Source: Ostrea edulis | Taxonomy: Eukaryota | Assembly (NCBI RefSeq): GCF_947568905.1 | Contig: NC_079172.1 | Span: 19,840,001 to 19,904,000, forward strand | Direction: 5' to 3' | DNA: 64,000 nucleotides | Shown: positions 35,042 through 48,202 of the stretch, piece by piece | Layout of the letters: every line of letters starts with the position of its first letter | How positions within the stretch are numbered: position 1 is the stretch's first letter | The notes under the pieces: model-generated | Seen by the model: only the letters and a program-made list of their open reading frames with translations | Told to the model about the DNA's origin: nothing | The model's database searches: none | Made by a program: the position numbers and the translations under genes

Positions 35042-38000
35042 GAGCTTGTCTACGAGAAAACCATGCAAATATATAAAAATGAAGGAAATGGTGGTCATCA
35101 ATATCATTTCTAATCATTTATATCATTGAAGTATATGGTTGGAATAATTATAATTTGAGGTCAATTTATTGATAGGTCGTTTCTATTTTTAGTAACAGCG
35201 CATTCTGTATTTACACGTGGATTAGTCTTTGAACACAAGAAAAATCCGTAAATATTAGGGTTTTATTTTTTCAAAAATGCAAATCAATTCTGAAGGCTTA
35301 TGAAAAGAATGGATTTTTTAAATGATATTTCCATGTAAACCACTTGTGGAGAAATCATGTTTGACATCATAAGTGTCCATATAGAGATTACATGGAGCCT
35401 GTAATTTGGCATTGTGCCAAACTTTTTTCATTTTGTGTTATATGGTCAATTTTGAAATAGGTGTTGCTGCAAAAGTAACGCTTAAATTTCTTTAAAAGTG
35501 TATAATACTTTGATATCAAATCCTTGTCTGTATAATATAAAAAAATGTACTTTGGACTTTTGGCCGTTCATTTGCAATTAAAATTTAAAAACTGACAAAA
35601 AATGAATATTTTTAAGCATTTAAAATAATCTTTTAAAAGATTAAAGATTTATAATTTGTGATATTAGATGCATAAATTGTTTGGAAATTTAATTTTATTG
35701 ATAGATTTAACATTTTCTAATAAATAAATCCCAGTAATCTACTATTTTATATGAAAAAGGGGGTCTTTTAATGAAATAGACCTGTTGCTGGAATTACCTC
35801 CCCTTTGATGCACTCTTCATACGTAGAAGGTACAAAATGATAGCAATATTATGGAATGTTATGATTTCAACTTGAAATGGGATTTGAGAATTTGTACATC
35901 ATGTTTATGTGATATCAGTGAAAGACATAACAGTATCTGTGAATGTAATCCAGAAATTTCTAAATATTGACAGAGTTTTAAAAGTATCCGTTACTTCATC
36001 CTGTTATACTGCAAACTAGTACCAGTGGTCAGGCATTTTGTCATTGAAGAATTGAAAGCGTTCTTTCCTTGATAATTCATGCATTAACCGAGAATGCTTA
36101 GATGTTATATGGAGGAAATCAAAGAAAATATGCATCTATAGTCAGTCTAGATGGAGCATGTGAGGATCTAGTGCAGCCCCCCCCCCCCTCTCCGAATTTG
36201 CAAAATGTATTTACCATCATGATTGATGCCAACAATTTGTTATTAGTTTGCATATATGCACTAAGTAATGAGGATAGGACAAAATAAGAAAAGTGTGAAA
36301 TAAAAATGCATAAAGTGAAATCAAGGAATGTATACTGTAACAGTTTGCTCGGTATCTTTCTTCTTCAGTGCTCAATGTACAATATGACATACTTGATGCT
36401 TAATCATAGGTTACGATTCAACATGCGAAAATTTACACCTTTCTCTATTTTACCAACACCAAATATATAGATATTGTAAACTGATGGTATTACGTATATG
36501 TATATGCTAATGTAGTTTCTTAAAGTCATTGATGTAGGTAGAGTTTGGATCGTCACTATACTTTGTTCATCATGAGAAATTGATCGGGAAAAATTTGGAA
36601 AAATCATTTAACTGACAGGGAAACCGAAGATTATTTCGATCAGGTCTCTTTAGCTAAATCAGCCCCCCCCCCCTCTACTTTTTTTTATGGCAATCAATAA
36701 ACAATTGAAATGGAAGCTTGAACTCATGAATTAAATCCTTGGACACCCCCCCCCCCCCCATTATTATCATTATCAAGGATTTTGAGCTTCGGGCTGTGTT
36801 TAAAGTAATTTTTAGGGAGGTTGGGAGGTTCTACAAAAAAATTGCCACCCACCCACACCCTCCGCCCTGGTGATGAGTGCCAACTACGGGGCCTCTCCAC
36901 TTAGCTACACTGTATGTGTTTAGACAGGACAGACTATACCAGCCGGGTCAGGTATAAACAATACATTTCATTACAAATTATATTACAAGCGATCTTCTTT
37001 ACTTTTGTGCGAATTCGGACGTTATTATTATCTGACTTTCATCTTCGGTGCAATTTATGTGATTACTGTCAGTTGGTATTTAAGCTATATTTCATTTGTA
37101 CGTGTAATGGTGTTGGGAGTGGAGTGCGAATGCAAAGAATATTTCTGTATTTAGATATATTCAACATTATTGATTATTTTATGATTTTAACAAGATCATT
37201 CACTATCTAAGAGCATTTTACCATTACCACCCCTCTCCTCTCAATATAATGTTTATAATCATTAATTTCCGGCATTGAATATGGCTGCTTCGAACCCTTT
37301 CGCATGGATTTAAAATGTAGAATAATACGCTACATGTAAGAATAAAAAACAAAAGAAAGACAAGAAAAGAACATGCACATTCATTTTAGCTCACCGGGAC
37401 GACTATCCGGAGAGCTACATGTATTGTAATGACCCCAGTGTTGGCGTCGGCGCCACTTTAAGGAAACATTTTAACCTGGGTTATATCTTCTAAACCAAGG
37501 GGGTAGGGGTTTTGATATACCCCTTATTGATTCCCCATGAAGAGACCTTTGATGTGGTACCAAGACTTTCGACCTTGTGACCTTGACCTATTTTTTTAAA
37601 AACTTCAACCTGGGCTATATCTTTTGAACCAATAGGGATAAGGCTTTGATATTTTACATATATAGATGCCTCATGAAGAGACCTTTGTTTTGGTTTGACC
37701 TAACGACCTCTAACTTTGAGGTACTGTTCAAAAACTTTATCTTGGTTATATCTTTTGAACCAAGAGTGATAGATCTTTGATGTTTCAAACATAGATGTCA
37801 ATTTCTTTTGTTACCAGAACTGTCAACGTCGACCTTGGACTTTGACCTATTTTTCAAAAACTTTTAACCTTTTGAACAAACGGTTAGGTACAGTCATCTG
37901 ACAACTCTTGTTTATATGTACATATTAAGCATGTTATTTAATTGTTTAAGGGTTGCTGCTCAATTTTTTTCTGGGTAATTCATTTGTTAAAGTTTGATGA

Positions 38001-39355
38001 CATCTAAAAATTCCTTACCACAAAGTACTTTTTATCTAATATATTGTACCTGACAACTTCATATGACGTGTGAATTGTCCCGAGGAAAAGATAAAGATTT
38101 GGGGTATTATACTGTGGATATTTATTAAGTTCTGTCTTCACACAAGTTTTACCTTTGAACTTAAAGCACGTCAGTCTTTAAATTGGTCTAAATGTTACTA
38201 TGGCAACAATTTTATTTGTTTTAGAATATCAATATTGTGACTCTCATACAACTTTTCAAAAGTTACATTGCTGTCTGGCTTAGTATTTGCGATTGAGTTT
38301 GATTATTTCAGAATGTTTTCAATAACCAGTCAGATTTTTAAAAACTAGATTTATCCTTATTGTATCCATGGGAAAAGCAAATCTATGAAGAAATATGATC
38401 CAATTTCTTGTGGTATATTTAAGTCTCTGTAGGACCACAATGTAAACTAGTCATTTGTACTAATCGTGCTATCCTGTCTAAATAAAGAATTTATTATATA
38501 TAATAGCATATAAATTGGCATGAAATTTGATTTTAAAAATTGCATTTTAAAAGTACACAAATATCAATTTTGTTAAATTACAACTATTCATACGATGCAT
38601 ATTATTTTTATAGAAACGTTATTTTTTCATATTTGGCAATTTGTCACCATGGCAACCAGGACCCATAGCAACAAAAAATGGTTGAAACATACTTTTGGTC
38701 ATCTGATGTGAAATCATAAAATTATATAAGACTTAATAAGATAACAAGGACCATGCATGGCAAACAGGTTTAGGTGGCTACCGGAATAAAAGCTCTACAA
38801 GCAGGAAAAAATGCCCAACTTGAAGTATTAATATATTTACTATAATCGAGAGTCCAAAGACAGAATTTTGATATATCGTAAATATTCTTCTTCTCTATAA
38901 GATGAAAGTAATTTTGAATAAATCAAAGCGTTACTTTTTGACTACTAGTTAAATCAAAAGTTATCATTTTCTGCAATTTATCAAAATCTGGAATCGTGCC
39001 AAATTTGTGACCTTTGTGCACTTAAACGGAAGTAAAATTTTAGATTCCCACTAAACAATATGAATATGCATATCCAGTTGTTTTATAAACTGTGTTAATT
39101 TTTAAAAATCCATTTTCAATAACCTGTTAGAATTTTTAAATAGAAAGGGTAAAATATACACAATTTTACCCTTTTGTCAGAACAAAAGTGCTATTTTTAG
39201 TAACATGGCTGCAAATCCCTATCCAATGACTACACCCCCGAAAAAAATATGCCAAAGTATTTGATATTGATGTACTTTATTACACTCAAAAAATGTTGTT
39301 GATCCGACAACCTTGCTTCCATCACATTTTGCATAGTTTTCTCGTAGACAAGCTC
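35042..39355. mobile_element. Kolobok-type non-autonomous DNA transposon, 4314 bp
   Basis: 28-bp TIR gagcttgtctacgagaaaac(c/t)atgcaaa starting with two purines (RR). TTAA TSD at 35038-35041 and 39356-39359. No transposase ORF in the track. Confidence 0.85.
37383..37880 (+). mobile_element. Helentron-type (HINE) element with a short degenerate internal array, nested in the Kolobok element
   Basis: ttttagctcacc head and repeated aaaaacttcaacct.ggctatatctttt / gacct..acct units. Confidence 0.6.
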
Positions 39356-40286
39356 TTAACAGTAAAAATATTACTTCTAAATCGTATGAGTTTTATATAA
39401 GAAATCTTTTTAGGTGTATAACAAAGATAATTGATTATTTATGGAAAATATAAATATTTTCAATATCAAATTGTTTACCAGATTTTTTATAATACCCAGT
39501 GAATAAAATTACTCCTGAAAATATATTTCTATCATGCACAAATTTTAATGAAATAAAGATTTTGCAAAAACCCATGACGTCACACGATGGTAGAATTACT
39601 TTAAAAAGGTATTTCTTTCGCATGTAAATTCTGAAATTCTTGTTTCATTTAATGAATCATTTTGTCAATATATATAGTCTATTATTTTGTTTCCACTGCA
39701 CACAAATATTCAAAAGAATCCATGACAGTCTGTGTACAAGTTAAGTAACTCGTGTAAGCATTCATTTTGCATGCCATGAGTCTCTCGCTCTTAAATTTGT
39801 ATTGACCCGGAAGAGTGTCCCTTGTTTCCCATAGAAATGCGCTATTTATTAACACATTACTTCTATAAAAGCTGTGTGAAAATCAAGACTTGGCGGTTTA
39901 ATGTTTTTATTGTTTATTTTTACTTTCTTTTACAATTTAAACATATGCATGTATATAATATATAAATGAATATAGATCTGAAATTCACAGAATACTGCCC
40001 TACATAGGATTGAACAAAACATTAAGAAAGTCATACAGAAAAAATACTGCCTTACATGCACACATAGGTATATTTTACAAAGATTGTAGCTTTTATAACA
40101 TGTATGTATAATATATTATTATGACTGACAATATATATGGTACGTATTGCAAAGCTGAAACAAAACAGAAAACAAAAATAGGATCCAAAGAAGCTTCTTC
40201 CGACATATATACATGTACTAGAGTACCGGGCAACGTTTACCCCGCCCCAACTGTTTGGCAAAGGGTAAACGTACATCGAGACTCTG

Positions 40287-40415
40287 GCCTGGATTTCTCA
40301 AAAAAATCTAAAAACTTAAGTTTGAGTTTTCTTTTAATTGAGCTGTCAAAATTTGAGTAAAATCTCAGACTTGAGTCCAAGTTTTAAACTTAAGTTCTTT
40401 TCGAGAAATCCAGGC
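40287..40415. mobile_element. 129-bp Harbinger-type MITE
   Basis: TIR gcctggatttctc(a/g)aaaa. CTG TSD at 40284-40286 and 40416-40418. Confidence 0.8.
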
Positions 40416-40544
40416 CTGGTTTGTCAGTTTGGCTGACTTTAAAAAATTCAATATAATAATTATGTTAAATCAAGACAGATTACAGACATAAGCAGATATA
40501 AGTTTACTTTTCCTTTTTTTTTTTTTTTTTATACCAACGATCTA

Positions 40545-40720
40545 CAACTTATATAAGGTAATGTTTTTCGTCGACTCTGATATGGGTGCGGAAACCAGAG
40601 TACCTGGAAGAAACCCACGTGTTCGAGTGGGCGACCACAATAACCTCTCGCTCACGGGGATCGAACTTGGGCCTCGGCATTTAGAGGCAAGCGTAAACCA
40701 CTACGTTACCCGGGCACCTA
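40545..40720 (-). mobile_element. tRNA-headed SINE fragment with a V-domain-like core
   Basis: Minus strand has A/B boxes (gtagtggtt...gttcgatcc) followed by gtgggtttcttccaggtactctggtttcc, similar to the V-SINE conserved core. Confidence 0.6.
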
Positions 40721-41151
40721 AGACTTTCAATAGGGCTTTGAAATTTCGATGGAACAGAGAACGCAGTTGTTTGTTTGTTTTTTCATTTCTATTTCTTTGA
40801 ATTCTAAACAAAGGTAAATTGATTCTTGACAGCAATATGATATTGTAGTTGAAGAAGGAGATCGAAGTCAATCGGAATATTCTTCTTTTAGTTACATCTT
40901 GATCAGTAACCGGAAGTAGAAATATTAGTCCTTGGTAAAACTGTGCTATCTAGTCAAATCACTAACACCGCTACACTAGTGCTCATTTTCACAACATCGG
41001 TGCAACACTGTGAATTCCGACATGCAGTCATAACCTTATGATAGTATACAGACATTTTGATATAGGTCTATCTGTCATTTTGTCTCTCAATCCATTTACA
41101 CATTTGGTCATAATATTTAACCATGCAAAACAAATACTTCATAAAAAGCCA

Positions 41152-41347
41152 TTCCGTGGGGATCCGGGTAAGAATAGATCCTCAGTACCCCCTTGCTTGT
41201 CGTAAAAGGCGATTAAATGGGGCGATCCTTTGGATGAGACCACAAAAACTGAGGTCTCGTGTCACAGCAGATGTGGCACAATAAAGATCCATCTCTGCTC
41301 AAAGGCCGTAAGCGCCGAGCATAGGCCTACATTTTACAGCCCTTCAT

Positions 41348-41378
<31 letters not shown>

Positions 41379-41404
41379 GATGTTAAACAATATACAATCA
41401 ATCA
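41152..41404 (+). mobile_element. SINE-like element with non-tRNA head (second copy of the 10789 family)
   Basis: ttccgtggggatccgggtaagaatagatcctcagtacccccttgcttgtcgtaaaaggcgattaa ... tcaatca tail. Confidence 0.85.
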
Positions 41405-41407
41405 TAA

Positions 41408-42229
41408 ACAAGAGGCCCTTGGGTCGCATTGCTCACCTGAGCAGCAGTTCCTAGCAATAAACAAGCTTGAGCAAAACTATCATTATACAAGCACATTGGT
41501 TCAGAAAAAAACTTTTCAAAAGTAACGACTAAAAATTCATAAATTATCAAACTTAATTATTTAACTTAAATTATCATATGCCCTTGTAGACGGATATGGC
41601 ATTTCATATTAACAAATTTCATCTATGGATGCTTTGTGCCGAGTTTGGCTCCCTATACATTCGCATATATAGTTTTGATCCTCCATTGTGGCCCCAACAT
41701 TGATTTAAATCTCCACTATGTCAGGAAGCTTTATTTTCTCCCTCTGTGCCCTCGTCCGAAAATAAATATTTTCTTGACTATTTGATAATAAAACAAAACG
41801 GAAAAAGTGAATAGGTTGGTTGCGTTCTTTACAAGATCACTTTTAATAAGCAACATCAAATCGACAAAGCTGAAAAATCACTAATGAAAGCATATGAATT
41901 CAAAACTGAACATGGGCTGGGTGGGAGGGAGGGCTAAGGCACAAAAATACAAAAGCGACCTTTGTTGCTTATAACAAACTTCGCACTGGCCGAAAACTGG
42001 CCAGTAGTAGTATATATACTAAGCACAAAAGCGCTCGTGCATGAGCTCATAAACCTGCGAAATGTATTTACGGAAAATAACGAAAAATGACGAAATGTAA
42101 AAAGTAAAGAAATAAATTTCACGTAAATTTCAGCGTTTCTGGCCCAGTGGTTCTTGAGAAGAAGATTTTTAAATTACACCACAATATTTTTGTCTTTTTG
42201 TGATCATCTCCCGTTTGAAGGGGGCATGA

Positions 42230-42262
<33 letters not shown>

Positions 42263-42408
42263 TCAAGGATGCTTTGAGCAAGGTTTGGTTGAAATTGGCC
42301 TAGTGGTCCTGAAGAAGAAGATGAAATGTGAATAGTTTACGCCGACGAACAACGTACAAAGTTTTATTAGAAAAGATCACTTAGCCTTCGGCCCAGGTGA
42401 GCTAAAAA
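41408..42408 (-). mobile_element. Helentron-type (HINE) element with Cg170-like satellite monomer remnants, interrupted at about 41750-42130
   Basis: Ends aacaagaggccc... and ...ccaggtgagctaaaaa. Internal cccttcatttgaacaaacttgaatcccc...gttgaaattggcc. Confidence 0.7.
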
Positions 42409-42729
42409 GTCAATATAACGAACAGCGATCAATATCATAAATCCTATAAAGAATACAAAAGCCATGCTTTGCTAGTTGAAAGGACAGAGTTATTGTTATA
42501 TATGTGTAGGACCGCTAAAGATCAAGGTCAAATGTACCACAATAAAACAAAGCCATGCACGTGGGCATTTTGTTTCCCAACGACATCTTATTTTAAATCG
42601 TATCTTACATGAAGTACATATCAGTATACTTGCGTAGTTAATAATTGAGCATTGACAAGGCTGCTATTATATTTTGTATCAGAAAGTTACCGGTACATCC
42701 TGGTCCTATAAACGTTTACCTGCCTTATT

Positions 42730-43010
42730 AGAGAGTGGACACTGATCCCCTAGTGTTAGAACGTTTGCTTCGGTGTCCCGGGTGCGATTCTCGATCCCGG
42801 TGCAATGTCATAACACGCTAAACATAGGTTGTGACTGTTCACGCGTCACGCCCTCAGTATTAGAAGGGAAAGTCACGTGTTTTTCTGGGTGTGATTTGAA
42901 TAACGTGCGTTGGTACGATAACAAACCCTATACTACTGCAGCCCTATGCGTCATACATCTAGGTCAAAATATGTGACAATTCTTTTACAGCTGGTGGTTG
43001 AGTGAAAAAT
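42730..43010 (+). mobile_element. Old degenerate tRNA-headed SINE
   Basis: Decayed head (ctagtgttagaacgtt...tcgatcccgg) and 3' end gagtgaaaaatttcgaatgggacataaaac. Confidence 0.55.
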
Positions 43011-43278
43011 TTCGAATGGGACATAAAACAAAAATGTATTTTAGATAAAACACGAAATTTTGATTTGTATAAACTGTCATTTTACATACAGTATGAGATC
43101 ATCGATAATACATTGAGTTGTGTTCTTTATTCTATGTAGACAAAATGTACTACACTGTACAAGAACAAGAGGAAGATCGACAACAGCAAAAAACGCAAAA
43201 TTGTCTTAAAAGTTGACATTGAATTATTTTAACAAGTGCCAATTATACACATATTACATAGATTACCTGCATCTATAT

Positions 43279-43577
43279 CAGGGCCGTAAATTAACCTTCA
43301 ATTTGGAGGAGGCAGGAAATTAGGCGGGGGTCTGGGGGCACATTTTGTGCACACTGAACACGTTTCGTGCAAAATCCTTGATTCTAGGGCCTTCTAAGAT
43401 GTTACTTGACTAACTCATTCTAAAAGAAAGATTTGGAATGCTTTTTAAGGGAGGTATCATGTTCTTAGTTATTGGAAACAACATAAATTCTAATGAACTT
43501 TAAATTTTAATTTTTTTTTGGCTCAAAAGTTGGAGGAGGCAGCTGCCTCCTCCGCCTCCATGTAATTTACGGCCCTG
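43279..43577. mobile_element. MITE (CAGGG ends) 77 bp downstream of the TNF stop codon
   Basis: 15-bp TIR cagggccgtaaatta / taatttacggccctg, flanked by the direct repeat ctatat. Confidence 0.8.
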
Positions 43578-43653
43578 CTATATGTACATGAAATGAAATA
43601 AGGGTCCCTTTGCATCTTTGTTGTCATGGGTTAAAACAGACAAATTCTTCAGT

Positions 43654-44039
43654 TCAGTTTTGAGGTCTTTGCATCGGCCTCGTTAAAGAACCAATTCTAT
43701 ACATACCAAAATAATTGGATTCTTTAATTCGATACAAATTTTCTTGTCCTTTTATCCGAATGGTTAAGGAATCTCCTCTCCGGAGAAAGAAGACATCGGA
43801 CGCCTGCTCGACATCGTACGTCAATACACCGTCTTTACTTCCTAGAAAAATTGACAGAAGAACGTGTTCTTTCTCACTGTATCTCAAGATATCGATGCTT
43901 ACGTTGCCATGACGAACTGAAGTTTGCGTCACAGCAAAGAAGATGACGTAAAATCCACCTTTTTGAATAATTATTTTGTTTCCGGGAAACAGTTGCAGTG
44001 TGTCACGCTCGTTTGATAAAGCCTCTTTATGTGCATCAC
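43654..44039 (-). CDS. TNF-superfamily ligand, exon 3 (TNF homology domain)
   Basis: Acceptor cttgttctctag|, phase 1: GDAHKEALSNERDTLQLFPGNKIIIQKGGFYVIFFAVTQ...SDVFFLRRGDSLTIRIKGQENLYRIKESNYFGMYRIGSLTRPMQRPQN*. Matches the TNF-domain motifs GxYxIxxxV, VFxLxxGDxLxI and YFGxxxI. Confidence 0.9.
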
Positions 44040-44266
44040 CTAGAGAACAAGATACCTATTAGTCACACATACTATATTTTTCTCACAAAATTATGCAATT
44101 ATTAAACATGTTTAACAACTGTAAGAATTTCTTTTTAATCTTAATTTAACCTCCTCATGTGTATACGAGGTTCTAATCTATCGGTACTGCTGCAAAGATA
44201 AATGCATTTACTAATCTAAAACTAACAGTTTAACATTATGAAATAAAGAACTTGTATTCAATTTAC

Positions 44267-44339
44267 CTTTCTTTGGGTGCGTCGAAAGGTACATAAACAT
44301 GCAGTCATTTGATTTCTGTCCCATTTTTTCTGAGGTTAA
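44267..44339 (-). CDS. TNF-superfamily ligand, exon 2 (LTSEKMGQKSNDCMFMYLSTHPKK/G)
   Basis: Acceptor ttttattgtaatgcag|, donor AAG|gtaaat. The 73-nt phase 0->1 exon joins exons 1 and 3 exactly in frame. Confidence 0.85.
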
Positions 44340-44489
44340 CTGCATTACAATAAAAGACAAGTTCAATATAATGGTCGAATAGACAAATTGTTTAAGTTGA
44401 TTTTTTTTATCCTCCTGCAAAGTAAAGGGGACTGCATCAATGGCTTGTGTCGTTATTAAATGTATGTCGCAACAATAGCGATAGCTTGT

Positions 44490-46185
44490 ATCGTTTGACA
44501 TGCCATACGCTATATCAATAGCTTGTATCGTGTTAAATGTGTGTCGCCGCTACAACAATTGTTCGTACCGTCATTAAATGTGTATAGTTCTTGTACTGTA
44601 TGTGTGTCGCCGCTACATTAATAGCTTGTATCCTTATATCAAATAGGTGTCGTCGCTACATTTATAACTTGTACCGTTATTAGAGGAGTGTCACCGCTTC
44701 ACTAATAGCGTGTATCGTTATAAATGTGCGTCGCCGCTACATTAATAGCTTGTACCGTTATTAGAGGAGTGTCGCCGCTACATTAATAACTTGTATCATT
44801 ATATATGTGCGCCGCTGCTACATTAATAACATGTATCATTATTAGAGGTGTGTCGCCGCTTCATTAATAGCTTGTACCGTTATTAGAGGAGTGTCGCTGC
44901 TACATTAATAGCTTGAACCGTTATTAGAGGAGTGTCGCCGCTACATTAATAGCCAGCGAAGCGACGCGACGAGCTCGCTCCAATGATTACGCATTGAAGT
45001 CACGTGGTTTGCTCTTTCATCAGCTGAAAAATGATGGGGACTACCCATAATACATCCGGAAAAATGTCACCGTCACTGTGGTATACTTCATTGACAACCC
45101 CGTAGATAAAACAAATAAATAGTTTGGAAAGTTCCACAAATGATTTTAAATTTCAAACAAGCTTTCCCATACCTTTGTACGTTTTGTTGTGGATAATTGA
45201 TTGGTTTGAAAGAAAAAAATATTGCAGCTAATGATGACGTCACAATGCACTGTTTACATCAACCGCGTTATATTTCCCGCGTTAAAGGAAATGCCTAAAG
45301 TCGTGTTGTAAGATGTCATGGGTCTTCGCTAGTCTCAATGGTCACACCGTATACATATTAGCTTGTACCGTTATTAGAGGAGTGCCGCCGCTACATTAAT
45401 AGCTTGTACCGTTATTAGAGGAGTGTCGCCCCTACATTGATAGCTTGTACTGTTATTAGATGTGTGACGCCGTTACATAAATAACTTATACCATTTATAG
45501 AGGTGTGTCGCCGCTACAATAATGACTTGTATCGTTATTAAATGAGTGTCGCCGCTACATGTACATTGATAACTTGTACCGTTATAAATGTGTGTCGCCG
45601 CTACATGTACATTGATAACTTGTACCGTTATAAATGTGTGTCGCCGCTACATTAATAGCTTGTACCGTTATTAAACATGTATCGTTATTATATGTGTCGC
45701 TACTATATCAATAGCTTGTATCGTTATCAAATCGGTGTCGCCGCTACATCGATAGCTTGTGTCCTTATTAAATGTGTATCGCCTCTACATCAGTAGGTTG
45801 TATCGTTATTAAAAGTGTCTCCCGCTACATCAATAATCTGTATCGTTATTAAATCTGTATCGCCGCTACTCCTTATTCGATATGTGTCGCCGCTACATCA
45901 CTAACTTGTACCGTTATTAAATATGTGTTACTGCTACATCAGTAACTTGTACCGTTATTAAATATGTGTTGCTGTTACATCAGTAACTTGTACCGTTATT
46001 GAATCTGTGTCGCCGCTACATCACTAACTTGTACCGTTATTAAATCTGTGTCGCCGCTACATCATTAACTTGTACCGTTATTAATTCTGTGTCGCCGCTA
46101 CATCAGTAACTTGTACCGTTATTAAATCTGTGTCGCCGCTACATCAGTAACTTGTACAGTTATTAAATCTGCGTTGCCGCTACAT
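44490..46185. repeat. 41-bp minisatellite split by a roughly 400-bp insertion (about 44953-45357)
   Basis: Units gtgtcgccgctacattaatagcttgtaccgttattagagga grading to ...catcagtaacttgtaccgttattaaatct. Confidence 0.9.
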
Positions 46186-46248
46186 TGTAACTGGTTAGGA
46201 ATTTGTCCGAAATTGATTCGCCTTTGTCGGACCCTTGTCTCCCCCCCC

Positions 46249-46280
<32 letters not shown>

Positions 46281-46859
46281 GCGAAAGCATGACGACATTT
46301 TTATCTGTCATCAAGTTGTCACAGAAATGTCAAGCTTCTTTTAATTCATTCAGGCTTTGACATGCATATTCGTTCTGACAATACCTATTTTTGCTCGCTA
46401 CCAAATTGATTTGCATGTTAATGTCCCACACAAACAAAAATGAAAGAATGCGCTCCTACTTTATTTTTTGTAATTGCTTCGAAAACGGGGTTGAAATCAA
46501 ATGAATATGAAATCAATACATATAACCGATAAAGCTGAAATGAGAAAATCTCTCTCAACATGTTTTCCTACTGTACTTGTGTCCATACATACCTTCAGAT
46601 AAATAAAGCCCAACGCAACCCGAAAACTCACAGCTTCAAGTGATTTCGTTTGTTGGCGTAGTCATGTTAGGTAGCCAGTCAATTGAACCCTGTTGTTATT
46701 GGTATCTATTCATATTATTCGATATGAGTGATGCATTCGGTCTTCGTTTTTTATAAACACATGTAATTAATAGAAATTTTAAAAAATGATTTTTTTTCTA
46801 AGGGTAAAATAAGCTCGTGAGTATTGACAATTCTATAAAAGCCTAATCTGGTCCCTCAT

Positions 46860-47745
46860 GCTATGTTCACACTATCACGATTCGCGCCACGATTGAAATC
46901 GTTGTCTTAATTGCGGAATAATCGTGCTGATCGTATCAAATCTTACCCAATTTTGGCGTCAGCCGTGACAATCGTGTTGATCGTAGAAAAAAAAATCTTG
47001 ATTGTCCACAAAAATTTCTATGATCAACACGATTAATTTTCATCGTTATAATCGCATCAAATCGTATTGCATAGTAACAAAGCGCAACATATCGCATCTA
47101 ATCGTGATGATCCCGGTCGATGTTTTACAAGGTGAACACCACGCTTTATTGCGATGTCCCACGATAGTTATAATATAAGCATACAGTAGTGCTGCAAATG
47201 CCACGTTGTCATCATCCTCAACTTCTGTCATTTTCAGTGGTTGTGTGTTGCATTGTTCACTTTCTATGTGCTACAAAATGAAGTCAATGGTCAGTCGAAC
47301 TGTATATATACCCGTTGGCGTCCAATCGTAGCTCAAACAGTGATCATCTTCGATCCTCATCGTGAAAGATATCGCGATCACAATCGTATCATATCGCAAC
47401 ATAGCGCATCGGTTCTTGTTTAACGTATCGTAACGTATACGAACATGATCGTCCCAAATCGCGAACCCGGATGGAAATGATCGTTTGAGATCGAAGTCCA
47501 ATCGTGAACTTGATCGGGACAATCTTATCAGAACGTATGTGATCGTATCTGAACGATGTTCAGATCGTGTCACTTGAAATTTATCTATCGTGACCTTTCC
47601 ATATCAAAGCGCAACAATTCGTACAAGAACATATCCATTCGCATCACCTCGTATCCAAGCCTGAAATTCCAGGAAAATTCCGCGATCAGCTACGAATGAT
47701 CAATTGTGACGTTCGTAACGGATCGCACGGCAGTGTGAACCAAGC
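46860..47745. mobile_element. Harbinger-type non-autonomous element rich in atcgt/acgat motifs
   Basis: Imperfect TIR gctatgttcacact / agtgtgaaccaagc. Confidence 0.7.
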
Positions 47746-48202
47746 ATTACACCCCATTTCAGTAGTGAAGTGTAAAATCAGACCAGAGTTGAACGTCGTG
47801 AATTTCTTCAATGTTCAAACCTATTTGAATAATTATTATTTAACTGAACTGGGATGATTCCATCCAAATTATTTCAGAGAAATATTTGGAGGGATATTAA
47901 AGTATGAGTATCAAAATGAACTGGGGTTCGAAATGACTGGCTACCTAATATGGCTACGTCAACAAACGAAATCCTTTGAAGCTATGAATTGTCAGGTCGT
48001 ATGGGGCTTTATTGAATATTTGAAGGTACGTTTGGACACAAGTATAGTAGGAAAATCTGTTAAGAATTTTTTGTATAAGATTTATGGGACAGCGATGCAA
48101 GAATGCAGCGATCTAAGGCCTCAACCGTGAGCATTTTTTCCTGCACCGTGAATCGAAGGTTTTTATAAGGGGTGGATCTGTAGCTCTCTGATCTGTCCCA
48201 AT

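Larger units (their letters stand above)
34515..39420. mobile_element. Palindrome-bearing (Crypton-like) element interrupted by a 4.3-kb insertion
   Basis: Imperfect palindrome at 34525-34669 and a perfect 20-bp-stem hairpin at 34973-35016. The element appears to resume after 39359. Confidence 0.5.
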
